Notes: generated by a model not told the origin, from the sequence alone. A DNA stretch of 64,000 nt from Bacteriovoracaceae bacterium (GCA_965217035.1 OZ244226.1:2400146-2464145); one strand, 5' to 3'. Positions 19,377-29,093 are shown, counted from the first letter of the stretch. Translations and numbers: made by a program.

Positions 19377-19749
19377 TAGAGAAACTCTTATTTAAAAATT
19401 TTATATTAAAACCATGAGCAAGAATTAGTAATACAGAACCACTCACTGTTAAGATTTTTTCAAGGTCATCAATAAGAACAGCAGCAATAAGAAAAGTTAT
19501 TCCTAAAATCCCAATAATCAGTGGAGTTTTCCGTTGATGTTCTCTGTGTGCTCGATTTAAGGAAAATAAAGCAATAGGCAATAAAAGAATTAGAAGGGCT
19601 TTGTGAATCCATTCTTGCTCTAAGTAAACGGTTAAGCTTGGAGAGAAAAAAGAAATTGTAGGAAGTGTCAAACAGTGAATAGCACAAGCCGATGAGAAAA
19701 ATATTCCAGCTTTGTCATATATATATGAATTTTTAATCTTAGCCTTCAA
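19357..19749 (-). CDS. MerC-domain membrane protein
   Basis: DKAGIFFSSACAIHCLTLP, EWIH, HREH, AHGFN; about four TM segments. Confidence 0.85.
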   Translation of the reverse strand: MKAKIKNSYIYDKAGIFFSSACAIHCLTLPTISFFSPSLTVYLEQEWIHKALLILLLPIALFSLNRAHREHQRKTPLIIGILGITFLIAAVLIDDLEKILTVSGSVLLILAHGFNIKFLNKSFSNEYSYQ

Positions 19750-20008
19750 GAGGGTCCCCTGGATAAATTAATGAATAAATTGACGTTATTTCTTTAGTGA
19801 TTTATTAACAAATGTCGTTTGATGTGGCAAACAGGTATTGGGCATAAGTATATTATGGAAAATAGAGGGAATTTTTTGATGAACACGTTGATTCAATCGT
19901 TAAAATAAGCCCTCTTGGCAATGGTCAAAAACCACATATGAGGACGGTAGCTAAAATCCTTTTCCTATTCATGAAGTTAGAAATAGCAAATCTCTTTTTA
20001 TGAAATAA

Positions 20009-20725
20009 TTATGAAATAACGTGCTGGTTTATATCGATAAAATCTCCACTTTTTGCTTTTAAAGTTAAGGGTAAGAGTTTATCGAATTTAATCGCCAACT
20101 GCTCTGGAGTTAAAACAGAACCATTATTTTTTATATACTTAAGTGAAGGCAATTCTTTTTCAGGTAAGCTTAATAATGATTTTAACATAGGAGTTTCAAC
20201 GAGGCCTGGGGCAAGTGATAAAAAGTGGGTGTCAGGTTTTTCTATTGCATAGAGTTTTATCAAGGAATTTAAGGCCACTTTAGAAATTAAATAGCTAGAC
20301 CATCCTTTATTCTCATCATTCACAACCCCTGACGAAATAGCAATGACCTGTTTGACTTTGTAATTATTAATAAAAAAATCAATTATTGATTTTTGAGACC
20401 ATAGATTGACTTCCATGACTTCTTTCATTTTATCGAGATTGGCTTCTTGAAGACTTGAAATTTCTCCGAGAATTCCTGCGTTTAAAATGATTAGATCAAA
20501 ACGAGAGACATTTTTAAAAAGGGGTTTTAAAGTTTTGTCGTAAGAATCATATTTTTTCATATCTAATATGGAATGATTGAGATTAGAGTCGCTGATAGGG
20601 CATGGTCTTCGGCTAATGCCGTAAACAGTATCTTGTCTTAAATAATATTTTGCAAGCTCTAAGCCGATACCGGAGCTAATTCCACTTATAAAAATATTTC
20701 TCATAACACTGGTTAGAGTTAGCAT
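20009..20725 (-). CDS. SDR oxidoreductase, sepiapterin/benzil reductase-like
   Basis: SGISSGIG, LNAGILG, WSSYLISK (YxxxK), APGLVETPM. Confidence 0.8.
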   Translation of the reverse strand: MLTLTSVMRNIFISGISSGIGLELAKYYLRQDTVYGISRRPCPISDSNLNHSILDMKKYDSYDKTLKPLFKNVSRFDLIILNAGILGEISSLQEANLDKMKEVMEVNLWSQKSIIDFFINNYKVKQVIAISSGVVNDENKGWSSYLISKVALNSLIKLYAIEKPDTHFLSLAPGLVETPMLKSLLSLPEKELPSLKYIKNNGSVLTPEQLAIKFDKLLPLTLKAKSGDFIDINQHVIS

Positions 20726-20727
20726 TT

Positions 20728-20745
20728 AGTGACAATAAAGTCACT
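20728..20745. promoter_or_regulatory. Perfect palindrome, candidate operator
   Basis: AGTGAC-AATAAA-GTCACT in the divergent promoter region. Confidence 0.45.
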
Positions 20746-20872
20746 TTAAAGATAAAATAGAATGTTTCCCTATTGGAAATGATTGTTTCTGAATTGTTTC
20801 TTTTTTTGTTCCTTCAGGTGTGTTTTATTTAAATACACCTAAAGTGGTTTAGGAAAAATTAAGGAGAAACAA

Positions 20873-21133
20873 ATGTTCCAAAAAACAGTGACTTCGTTTT
20901 TTGCTTTGATGTCCGTATTTGTACCTTTTGCTGATGCAAATGAAAATACTTTTACAGAAGTCGATTCAAAAACGGCTATGAAACTGAATCAACAAACGAA
21001 AAATTCTATCGCCTCTTCATGGTTTGATTTACCTGAAACGTGTAAGGCCAAAAACTTCAATGCAGACCCTGTTATTATTGATAGAAAAGAACATTCTAAA
21101 CAAGTGACAGAAATTTTCAGTAGTTTTAGTTAA
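20873..21133 (+). CDS. Small exported peptide (86 aa)
   Basis: RBS AAGGAG; signal peptide ending ADA; single Cys; WF pair. Confidence 0.7.
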   Translation: MFQKTVTSFFALMSVFVPFADANENTFTEVDSKTAMKLNQQTKNSIASSWFDLPETCKAKNFNADPVIIDRKEHSKQVTEIFSSFS

Positions 21134-21157
21134 TTTAGATTGGAGAGGAGGAAAGAG

Positions 21158-22203
21158 ATGGATAGACGACTCAAGACATTTGAAGTTGATAGTTCAGTAA
21201 GAAAAGAGTTGCATCAAAAGGTAAGAAAACTACCTCAGGTCACCTCATTTTCTTGTGACTTCTCATTTTCCTCTCTTTTAGCATCTTATGGAATTTTAAG
21301 AGAGATAGGATCTCCTAACGATGAAATAGCGAGGTTTTTGTTTGACTCAAAAACAAAAATAAGGCCGTCCCCTTAAAATCCTTAAAAGGAAGAATCATCA
21401 AAATAAAAGATACTTTTGGAGTTGAAATTGAATCTACTTTTTCAAAATCCTTAGAAATTAAAGCCTATGGGGTAAGGGAGTTACTTCATCCAGAATATTC
21501 TTTTAATAAAGACGGTACAGTTAGGTCTTTAGTCATTCTTCCGGAAGCTATTTTTCAAATAGCTTCATTGCAAGGGGTTGAGCTAACAATTGTGAGAGAC
21601 TGGGCATTAAATTCTATTTTTGCAGGCTTTGATCCACAAAAAGAATATTATCAGACAAACTTCTGGGAACTTGAAAATAATGATACTCTACTGTTCGCTA
21701 AATTGATAAAGAGTAAACAACTTGCTTTTTTGGGGACACATGATTTTATTGCTCACGTAGCAAATATAAATAGAGAAGCATGGGAAAGACTCCCTTTTCT
21801 TGCAAAAAATGTTGAAGAGAAAATTAAAAACCTGATTTCAGAGACGAAAGTCCCAACAATGGCATCTTTGATACTGCCTTATACTGCAGGTGTTATTTTA
21901 GATGACCTTGCCCAACCCCCAAGCTATGATTCTGAGAATCACCTAATTGTTTTGGATGCTGTACTGGATAGTATCGAGAGAAAAGATATACCAAGCGATT
22001 ATCTTTGTACTCTCTCTCGGTTCCCGAGAGTTTTTGAAGATATCATCTTATTATCGCGTTCGAAACTTAATGCCATACAAACAAGAATGAAAGCAAAAGA
22101 GTTCGTAAATAAAATAGTCGAAGATATAAAAAAATCTTTAGTTTACGAAGGTCTTGAAGAGAGAACAGGGGAAAAACTCTTTTCAAAAATTATTGGGGTT
22201 TGA
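21158..22203 (+). CDS. Unknown ~348-aa protein with HDxxxH motif, split by a -1 frameshift
   Basis: RBS GGAGGA; the second frame is open from 21346 and overlaps the first, which ends at 21376; one extra A in an A5 run at 21349-21359 joins them. Confidence 0.65.
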
Positions 22204-22204
22204 T

Positions 22205-22687
22205 TTGAGTAAAACAATAGAACTGTTCAAAGAAAACATGAAGTTTTCTATTGCTCATTTCACTATTTTCTCTGAAACCGAGAGGGAAAATCTTCATGGA
22301 CATAATTACAACTTAAAATTTTCTCTTGAGTTAAAAGACCTCGTTAATGGGATGGCATTTAATTATCGTTGTATTAAGAAAAAAATAAGAGAAATATGTG
22401 ATTCCTTAGATGAGAAATTGATTATACCAGAGCGGTCTCCCTTCCTAAAAATAAGTAAAGACGGTGGAGAAGTGTTTATTGAGTTCAATAAGACAAAAAT
22501 GATATTCCAAAAAAGAGATATTTTAATACTTCCTATTGTGAATACCACCCTAGAATGTTTCGGAGAATACATATTACAAAAGCTTTGCGACAGATCAATG
22601 GAAGAAGTATTTAATAAAGTCTCTAAGTTGAGTCTCGTAATAAACTCTGGTCCTGGTCAGCAATTTACGACAAAAATACTTTTTTAA
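22205..22687 (+). CDS. PTPS/QueD-fold (T-fold) pterin enzyme, Cys-less ExxHGH type
   Basis: FSIAHF, RENLHGHNY, NTTLE; TTG start 1 nt after the upstream stop (ORF track starts it at 22154). Confidence 0.85.
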   Translation: MSKTIELFKENMKFSIAHFTIFSETERENLHGHNYNLKFSLELKDLVNGMAFNYRCIKKKIREICDSLDEKLIIPERSPFLKISKDGGEVFIEFNKTKMIFQKRDILILPIVNTTLECFGEYILQKLCDRSMEEVFNKVSKLSLVINSGPGQQFTTKILF

Positions 22688-23551
22688 CTACCAAATTTGA
22701 TTAAGCCAGCCTAACTCTAAAGGATCACGGCAAATTGAGTAAATTGTTTGTTCACAAAAGTATGGACACCCTTCAACTTCAAGGACTCCTACGTCTAAAT
22801 TTTGAGCATAATAACTCGGTATATAAGCGATTGCTTTACCGGAAACTAAAAGAGATTCGAGAATTTTTATACTCGAAGCTTTATAAGGTATAATTCTTGG
22901 AAATTTGTCGTCTCTCCAGCCATCGACTGATTGCTTTTCCTTTGTTTGACCAAGCATATTTTCTCTAGGGACAACAAATGGATATTCGAGCACGGTTGAA
23001 ATATCTACTTTTTGATTCTTCCTGGTTGTTTTATAAAGAGGATGTTTTTTTCCAACACATGTAACAAATTGAACTTTATCGATTTTCTTCGATTTGAGAC
23101 CTTTTGGAGATCCGGTTGTCGAAAACGCGATATGAGCCTCTCCATTTATAATCTTTTGTTCCGAAACTTTGTTTGAAGTAGATAAAAACCTTATTCTCGA
23201 CTTAGGATACAGCCTTAGTATCTTGTCTGATATTTGTGTACCATATTGAGCAACGAGTAGCTCTTCTCCACATATAACAATATTAATTTCTTGAGCCTCG
23301 CCACTGATCTCTATTCTAGCAGATTCTTCAAGGTTGATTATTTGAGAAGCTCTCTTCTGCAAACTTCTTCCTGCAGCAGTAATTTGAATATTACGGCCAA
23401 CACGTTCAAATAACTTTACCTGAAGTTCTCCCTCTAGCTTTGCAACGGCCTTACTTAAAGAGCCCGGAGATATTGCAATTTTACTGGCCGCTTTATTCAC
23501 GTTTTGTTCCTCTGCGACGGCAAGAAAGTATTTGAGTTCATTTATTTCCAT
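22688..23551 (-). CDS. LysR family transcriptional regulator
   Basis: MEINELKYFLAVAEEQNVNKAA...LEGELQVKLFERVGR; ATTTCC-N5-GGAAAT box overlaps the start. Confidence 0.92.
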   Translation of the reverse strand: MEINELKYFLAVAEEQNVNKAASKIAISPGSLSKAVAKLEGELQVKLFERVGRNIQITAAGRSLQKRASQIINLEESARIEISGEAQEINIVICGEELLVAQYGTQISDKILRLYPKSRIRFLSTSNKVSEQKIINGEAHIAFSTTGSPKGLKSKKIDKVQFVTCVGKKHPLYKTTRKNQKVDISTVLEYPFVVPRENMLGQTKEKQSVDGWRDDKFPRIIPYKASSIKILESLLVSGKAIAYIPSYYAQNLDVGVLEVEGCPYFCEQTIYSICRDPLELGWLNQIW

Positions 23552-23642
23552 TTCGGAAATAAATATACTTTTTATATGCATGAATTGGCAATGAAAATAA
23601 GACTATAAAAACAAAGAAATAAAATAGGAGTAAGGAGTAAAT

Positions 23643-23756
23643 GTGCTAAACATTAAGTCGAAACTAACTTTAAAAAATCTCACACTGAAAAATAGAATTG
23701 TTATTTCTCCTATGGCATCAGAATCTATAAAGTACAGAGTGTATTTTAAGTTCTAG
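23643..23756 (+). pseudogene. Old Yellow Enzyme (NADH:flavin oxidoreductase) N-terminal remnant
   Basis: RBS GGAG; MLNIKSKLTLKNLTLKNRIVISPMASES..., stop after 37 aa; divergent from LysR. Confidence 0.7.
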
Positions 23757-25659
23757 ATGAAGTTTCTTCTTCTTCTTCTTCTTCTTCTTCTTGACCTCTC
23801 TTAAATAATAAATTGTTTCCTTCCCAGTGTTTTTCTCGAATAAGGAATTGATTGATTTCTTTTTCTAATAAGCTTTCTTTTAGGATTCTCTTTAAGATAT
23901 CAGAGTGTTCTGCTCCCTTTTCATGGGATAAAATATATTTTATAAGATCTTTATCAGAGACTTTCATTTCTTTGATTTGCTTTGAAATACTCTCATGACT
24001 TAAGTTGTCTGCTTTTTTTAGCTTTTCATAGTACTGGGCATTCGCTGTCTTTTTATCTAACTTTGAAATGCAAGCGACTGCTCCCCATAGTTCAGGATTT
24101 TTAGAAGTAAAAGCAAGTCTCCTAAGTTTATCAAGGTAATTTTTCTTATCGCGACAACTGAGAGATGAATTCTTTCGATTCTTTTTCAACCTCTGAGAGC
24201 ATTCTGGAAAGTACTTTGATAGTTCTCGATCATTTAATTTCGTATTTTTTCTTTTATACGTTTTATTTTTTTTTAATTTTTTTCTTATACAATTTAAATT
24301 TTTTTTACATCGTTTTTTTAATTTGAAAGCAATTTCTCCTATAAGATAGCTATTGAGTGTTCCCGCTCCCGCACTATTTGGAACAGGAAGGTCTGTCATC
24401 TTTAAGGCCGTACGTTCTAAAAGTCTCTTCGATTCTTCTGTGTTAAGCTTATAGCCAGAAATGAGTTCAAAAGCACTCAAGGCTGCCGTGACTTGAGGTG
24501 CGGCACCACTTGTCCCCCCAAAGTGTTTCATACCACGAGCAACATATCTTGTTGCAATATAATTTCCAGAAGGAGCTGCTACTGTAATCTCAGCCGAAAT
24601 ATTAGAAAAAGATGAAATTTTTCCATCAGGATCAAAGCTTGAAACAAGAATCATTTTATTATCTTTGGCGGCTTTTCTTTTTTGAGGAGGGACGACTCCC
24701 CAGTTGTTTCCAGATGAGGTAACAAAAACAATATTCGTTTCTTCTATGAGCTCCGAGATTTTTTCTCCAATTTTAAATTCTTCATCAGCAGAATCATTAT
24801 TATTTTCTTCCCCATCATCTTTAGACTCCCAACACATTGAATTATTGATATAGTGAGGAACTCTATTGAATTGTTTTTTAGAAAAAAGATTATGAACTTT
24901 ATCAATGGCCTTGAGATAATCAAACTCATATTGAATATCAATATGGTCTAATGGAGCTTCAGCGGGAATCAAGGAAGACTTCTCTGGTCCCATAATAAGA
25001 TTAGAAACAGCATCTCCATGAGAGGTTCTGGAGGAATCCCAAATTGCAAATAAGTTATTCGGTGGGATCAAAATAGGCTTAGTCTCTTCGATTCTTTTCC
25101 TAAGTAAATCCGCTCCCGTATACTCTTGTGCCCAATAAAGAGAGAGGCCTTCAGGATGTCCCGAAATTTTAGATTTCTCAAATAACTCACAGTTTTGTGA
25201 AACTCGAGACTGAATTTTCTTAATTATTTGATTCCGTCCCAGCTCTTTTTCTTTACAATCGGCGCAGTCGTCTCCTTGCTCATCTTCTTCTTCACTTTGG
25301 TCTAACTGAATACTTAAGTTTAATTTGCAATCTTCAATTCCATTAAGAGCGATAAAGTCTTTGCAAGCGCTTATTAATGATGAGAAGTCTCTTGTCGATT
25401 TTTGAAGTTTTAGATCTATAAGCTTTAAATGAGAAAGATAACGCTTCTTTTTTAAAGAATGCTCTTTTAGAAGGGCATTAAATTTTTCTCCCTTGAAACT
25501 TTTCTTAGAACTAATGTAAAGAATAAGTCCCTTAGCCTCTTTTTTCTCCTTGGGAATTTTATACTGGGCGTGAGAATTCAGCGCGAATAAAAAGATATAA
25601 AAAAGGTACCGAATTAAACCCATCATAGTTATTTTTTCGGCTAAAAGAAGTAATCCCAT
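23746..25659 (-). CDS. Secreted S8 subtilase-family protease
   Basis: IWDS (Asp), SHG (His), SSGN (oxyanion Asn), GGTSGAAP (Ser); signal peptide; poly-Glu tail. Confidence 0.88.
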   Translation of the reverse strand: MGLLLLAEKITMMGLIRYLFYIFLFALNSHAQYKIPKEKKEAKGLILYISSKKSFKGEKFNALLKEHSLKKKRYLSHLKLIDLKLQKSTRDFSSLISACKDFIALNGIEDCKLNLSIQLDQSEEEDEQGDDCADCKEKELGRNQIIKKIQSRVSQNCELFEKSKISGHPEGLSLYWAQEYTGADLLRKRIEETKPILIPPNNLFAIWDSSRTSHGDAVSNLIMGPEKSSLIPAEAPLDHIDIQYEFDYLKAIDKVHNLFSKKQFNRVPHYINNSMCWESKDDGEENNNDSADEEFKIGEKISELIEETNIVFVTSSGNNWGVVPPQKRKAAKDNKMILVSSFDPDGKISSFSNISAEITVAAPSGNYIATRYVARGMKHFGGTSGAAPQVTAALSAFELISGYKLNTEESKRLLERTALKMTDLPVPNSAGAGTLNSYLIGEIAFKLKKRCKKNLNCIRKKLKKNKTYKRKNTKLNDRELSKYFPECSQRLKKNRKNSSLSCRDKKNYLDKLRRLAFTSKNPELWGAVACISKLDKKTANAQYYEKLKKADNLSHESISKQIKEMKVSDKDLIKYILSHEKGAEHSDILKRILKESLLEKEINQFLIREKHWEGNNLLFKRGQEEEEEEEEETSSRT

Positions 25660-26021
25660 TAAGCTTATCAGAGAAAAACGGTCGATTTTGTTTGTACGAT
25701 CTTCTTATTATTTTGACCTGAGTTTTAAGCTCCAATACTTTCTCGCGCAAATTATATAAAATAAGAGAGACTTCTAATGAAAAAACTTATTTTACTATAG
25801 ATTCCAACTACGAGTGTTTTTTGAGTGCCAATAAAATGAGCCAAAATTATTCAGAGAAATGAATATCAAGACAATATCTGTAAAAAATAATTTTTATCTT
25901 TAAATAGCTAAATATACTCACTTTTTGAATGCTTCTAATAATATCAGTTTAATAAAGTTCAAATAATGAACGATAATAGACATAACATAATTAATAACTT
26001 TTATAACTGGGGTCGATCACT

Positions 26022-26960
26022 ATGAGATCATTGTCATTAGCAGCTTTATCGTTATCTTTGTTAGTCATTTCTTGCGAAAATCTTGTTACTCTTGAAACAG
26101 CTGAAGGCACTTCTATTGACGGTAGTTCAACCCTGTCCGGACCGCCAAATCTTGTTTCTGGCGAAGAATGGATCCAAATTCCGGCCAATGCAGGCGGAAT
26201 GGGATTATCGACTTTTTATGTTATGAAGTATGAAGCAAAAGCAATACTCAATGACGAAAGTGCTATAAGCAGTACAGGAACAGATGCGACAACTGCAACT
26301 CATAAGCCTGTTAGTGTCGCAACTAATCAACCTTGGAGAAATATTAATGCTAATGATGCAGCGGCAGAATGTGAGTCACTTGGTTCGGGGTATCATTTAA
26401 TATCAAATTCTGAGTGGATGGCAATTGCAAGAGATATTGAGGATCAAGGTTCAAACTGGTTAACGGGGACAGTTGGTGGAACATGCTTGTTTGCAGGTAA
26501 TGCTACAGATGATTTATATGGAACTCCGAGACCATGTGGATATAATACAGGCGATTATGAAAGCGGAACGAGTAGAGATAGTAAGTCTCAATTAAGTCTC
26601 AGTAACTCCGAAGTTATTTTTGATCTCTCTGGAAACGTTGATGAATGGGTCGATTGGGATCCTGATACAGCAGGATATCAAGTGTCAGGAGCTACGAGTT
26701 GTTATAATCCCTGGGAGAATATTCAGTTAAATAGTGTCTCTTGCGGGTTTCTTTTAGATATTGACTTCAATACTCAGAATGGTTCTTATGGCAACAATGA
26801 ACATGTAGGCTTTCTATCAGGTGGTAATGGAACAGATGGAGCTATAACAAGAGGTGGAAGTGTTAATAACCAAGGAGCAGGTGTTTTTGCAATTAACTTT
26901 GGTCGCTCACTATCTAGTGAACTTGCCAGCGTTGGTTTTCGATGTGTTTATAGACCATAA
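26022..26960 (+). CDS. Lipoprotein with FGE-sulfatase/C-lectin-fold domain
   Basis: Lipobox-like VISC; FYVMKYEA, LISNSEW, DLSGNVDEW, RGGS, VGFRCV. Confidence 0.8.
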   Translation: MRSLSLAALSLSLLVISCENLVTLETAEGTSIDGSSTLSGPPNLVSGEEWIQIPANAGGMGLSTFYVMKYEAKAILNDESAISSTGTDATTATHKPVSVATNQPWRNINANDAAAECESLGSGYHLISNSEWMAIARDIEDQGSNWLTGTVGGTCLFAGNATDDLYGTPRPCGYNTGDYESGTSRDSKSQLSLSNSEVIFDLSGNVDEWVDWDPDTAGYQVSGATSCYNPWENIQLNSVSCGFLLDIDFNTQNGSYGNNEHVGFLSGGNGTDGAITRGGSVNNQGAGVFAINFGRSLSSELASVGFRCVYRP

Positions 26961-27011
26961 ACATTTAACGGCTTAAAAAGAGTGATTCAAGCCGGTTCGT
27001 TTTGATTTTAT

Positions 27012-27042
27012 AAAAAGGCTAACACTTTAAGTGTTAGCCTTT
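27012..27042. terminator. Bidirectional terminator
   Basis: AAAGGCTAACAC/GTGTTAGCCTTT stem between convergent genes. Confidence 0.75.
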
Positions 27043-27067
27043 AAGTTGATATCTCAAATCAACAGTG

Positions 27068-27262
27068 TCACCCAGTTTTGAGAGCTTCGTTTTTAGAACC
27101 TACGAAAAGACGAGACTTATTAAGATCGAAGTCATGTGAAATAACTAAAGCAAAAGCATCGTCTATCGACTGTTCACCCTCTTGCACTAAGTACATATAA
27201 TTCTTTGCCATTGCTGATGTTGCAAAATTTGCTAAACAAATTAGAAATAATAACTTTTTCAT
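27068..27262 (-). CDS. Small secreted hypothetical protein
   Basis: Signal peptide MKKLLFLICLANFATSAMA. Confidence 0.55.
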   Translation of the reverse strand: MKKLLFLICLANFATSAMAKNYMYLVQEGEQSIDDAFALVISHDFDLNKSRLFVGSKNEALKTG

Positions 27263-27599
27263 AACTGCACCTTCAGGTTTTTATTCATAAATCTAATAGT
27301 TATCTAGTAACTGTAATTAATAATTTCTTTACTCAAAAAATATGAGTAGCTGAAATCGATCGCATTAAGATTCCTTTGGCGCGCTGAGTAATCTCTTTTT
27401 TATCCAAAATCATTTCTTTTTTACAAGGGCAATTTGTCACCGTATCGAAACAAAAAACTTACTGAAATGCGAGGAAAGACCTTTAAACCTCAATTATTCG
27501 GATTATATCACTATAAAAAATGTTAAATATTGATTAATATGACTGTTCAAAAACCATGGAAGTCGATACAAGACGACGTATCTTAAAAGGGGGGAAGTC

Positions 27600-28550
27600 G
27601 TGAAAAGTCTTTTACTATCGATGCTATTTCTTTCAGTGCCGGCCTGGGCAAATGAAAGTGCATCACAAATTACTACTGGTGAAGTGAAGAAAGAAAAAGC
27701 AGAAGCTGGAACAGATGAAGCTGATCAGGTTATTACAAACAGAAGATTTCGTGCCAGTAACGGATCTTTGTCAAAACTATCAATGAATCTTAATTTGAAT
27801 TACCAAGGTGGTTCTTTAGACCGTCCGTTCGCAGCGGATCGTCCTAATCTTAATACTGCAGGTGATACTGCATCTGTTGCTGCTTTTTCTGGAATTATTT
27901 CAGGAAGCTATCGATTAAATGCTCTTAATAGAGTTGGTTTTGCCGCGGGTGTTTCGATGGTTGCTCCATTCAATGACAGCATTGATACTGATCAAGCTGC
28001 CGCTCAAAAGCAATTCGATGAAAACCACAGAGATCTTGATATTTCTAATCCAAGGCTTTCATACACGCACATGAATAAGTTTGCAGGAATCCAAACCATT
28101 ATTACAGGAGAAGTTCTTCAATATACTCAAGGAACTTTCACTGATTTTGGTTATCAAAATAAAGCAAGCTTACTTGTAAACACGATGTATGAAGTAGGAA
28201 ATACTGGATTCTCTTTTGGAGCTTATACTATTTTCGAAAGAAACTTCTTTGATGACACTCAAACAAATCCTGCGAATCAGTTAGAAACTGTTTTTGGATT
28301 TCTTCCACAAGCTGAATATGTGATAAATGACACATTTAACCTTAGAACTATCGTACGTTCTCATTGGTACGATAATAGCAAAGCAGTTCGTTCAGGAAAC
28401 TTTAGAAAGAGACCTGTTACTCAATCAATTGGTCTTGGAATTTCTCTTAGTAGAGACGTATTCCTTTACCCAAACTTCCAGTTTGCTTGGGATAATGTTG
28501 AAGCAGAAACAACTAACGTTGGTCTAAGCGCAAATATCAATATGTTCTAA
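27600..28550 (+). CDS. Outer-membrane beta-barrel protein
   Basis: Signal peptide, alternating beta pattern, C-terminal Phe (SANINMF). Confidence 0.7.
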   Translation: MKSLLLSMLFLSVPAWANESASQITTGEVKKEKAEAGTDEADQVITNRRFRASNGSLSKLSMNLNLNYQGGSLDRPFAADRPNLNTAGDTASVAAFSGIISGSYRLNALNRVGFAAGVSMVAPFNDSIDTDQAAAQKQFDENHRDLDISNPRLSYTHMNKFAGIQTIITGEVLQYTQGTFTDFGYQNKASLLVNTMYEVGNTGFSFGAYTIFERNFFDDTQTNPANQLETVFGFLPQAEYVINDTFNLRTIVRSHWYDNSKAVRSGNFRKRPVTQSIGLGISLSRDVFLYPNFQFAWDNVEAETTNVGLSANINMF

Positions 28551-28557
28551 ATAATTG

Positions 28558-28580
28558 GCCCCTCTTCAGAGGGGCTTTTC
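28558..28580 (+). terminator. Rho-independent terminator
   Basis: GCCCCTC-TTCA-GAGGGGC-TTTT. Confidence 0.8.
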
Positions 28581-28640
28581 TTCTATCTCCAAAAGCGTCA
28601 GGCAAATATTTATTCTCATATAGGCTTTGGTCAGACCTGA

Positions 28641-29093
28641 TTATTCTTTATTTTCCATCTTCTCTAAAATTTTTTGATAATTACTCTTAAAGTTATCTTT
28701 CTTTGAGCTCAAAGAAATTTTTGTTTGTGTTCCTTCTTTCAATCCTTTCGCCACCACTTCTTCTAGGCCATCGAGATTGGGCTTGTTCAGAAAATCGAAT
28801 GCTCCGTATTTTATTGCTTCCATCATTAGTTCTTCATTCCCGTGAGCAGTATAAAAAATGAAAGGAATATTGATATTGTTTGAACGAATATTTTTTATGA
28901 CTTCAACTCCATTCATCTTAGGCATGTTTATATCACAAATAATGCAGTGAATTTTATTATGCTTTAAGCTTTCTAGCGCCTCTATCCCATTTTCAGCAGT
29001 ATAGATTTCATCGGCGAGATCTTCTAGGTTAAACTTAAGTCTTTTTAAAAGCTTCACTTCGTCGTCAACAATAAGAAGGTTTCCTTTTGTCAT
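28641..29093 (-). CDS. Single-domain response regulator
   Basis: LIVDDE, CDINMPKMNG, TAHG, FLNKP. Confidence 0.92.
   Translation of the reverse strand: MTKGNLLIVDDEVKLLKRLKFNLEDLADEIYTAENGIEALESLKHNKIHCIICDINMPKMNGVEVIKNIRSNNINIPFIFYTAHGNEELMMEAIKYGAFDFLNKPNLDGLEEVVAKGLKEGTQTKISLSSKKDNFKSNYQKILEKMENKE

Noticed and set aside
19357..19749. Mercury-resistance operon
   Set aside because: No merA, merR, merT or merP; the context is Zn-type homeostasis.
26022..26960. Diversity-generating retroelement
   Set aside because: No reverse transcriptase or template repeat seen in the window.
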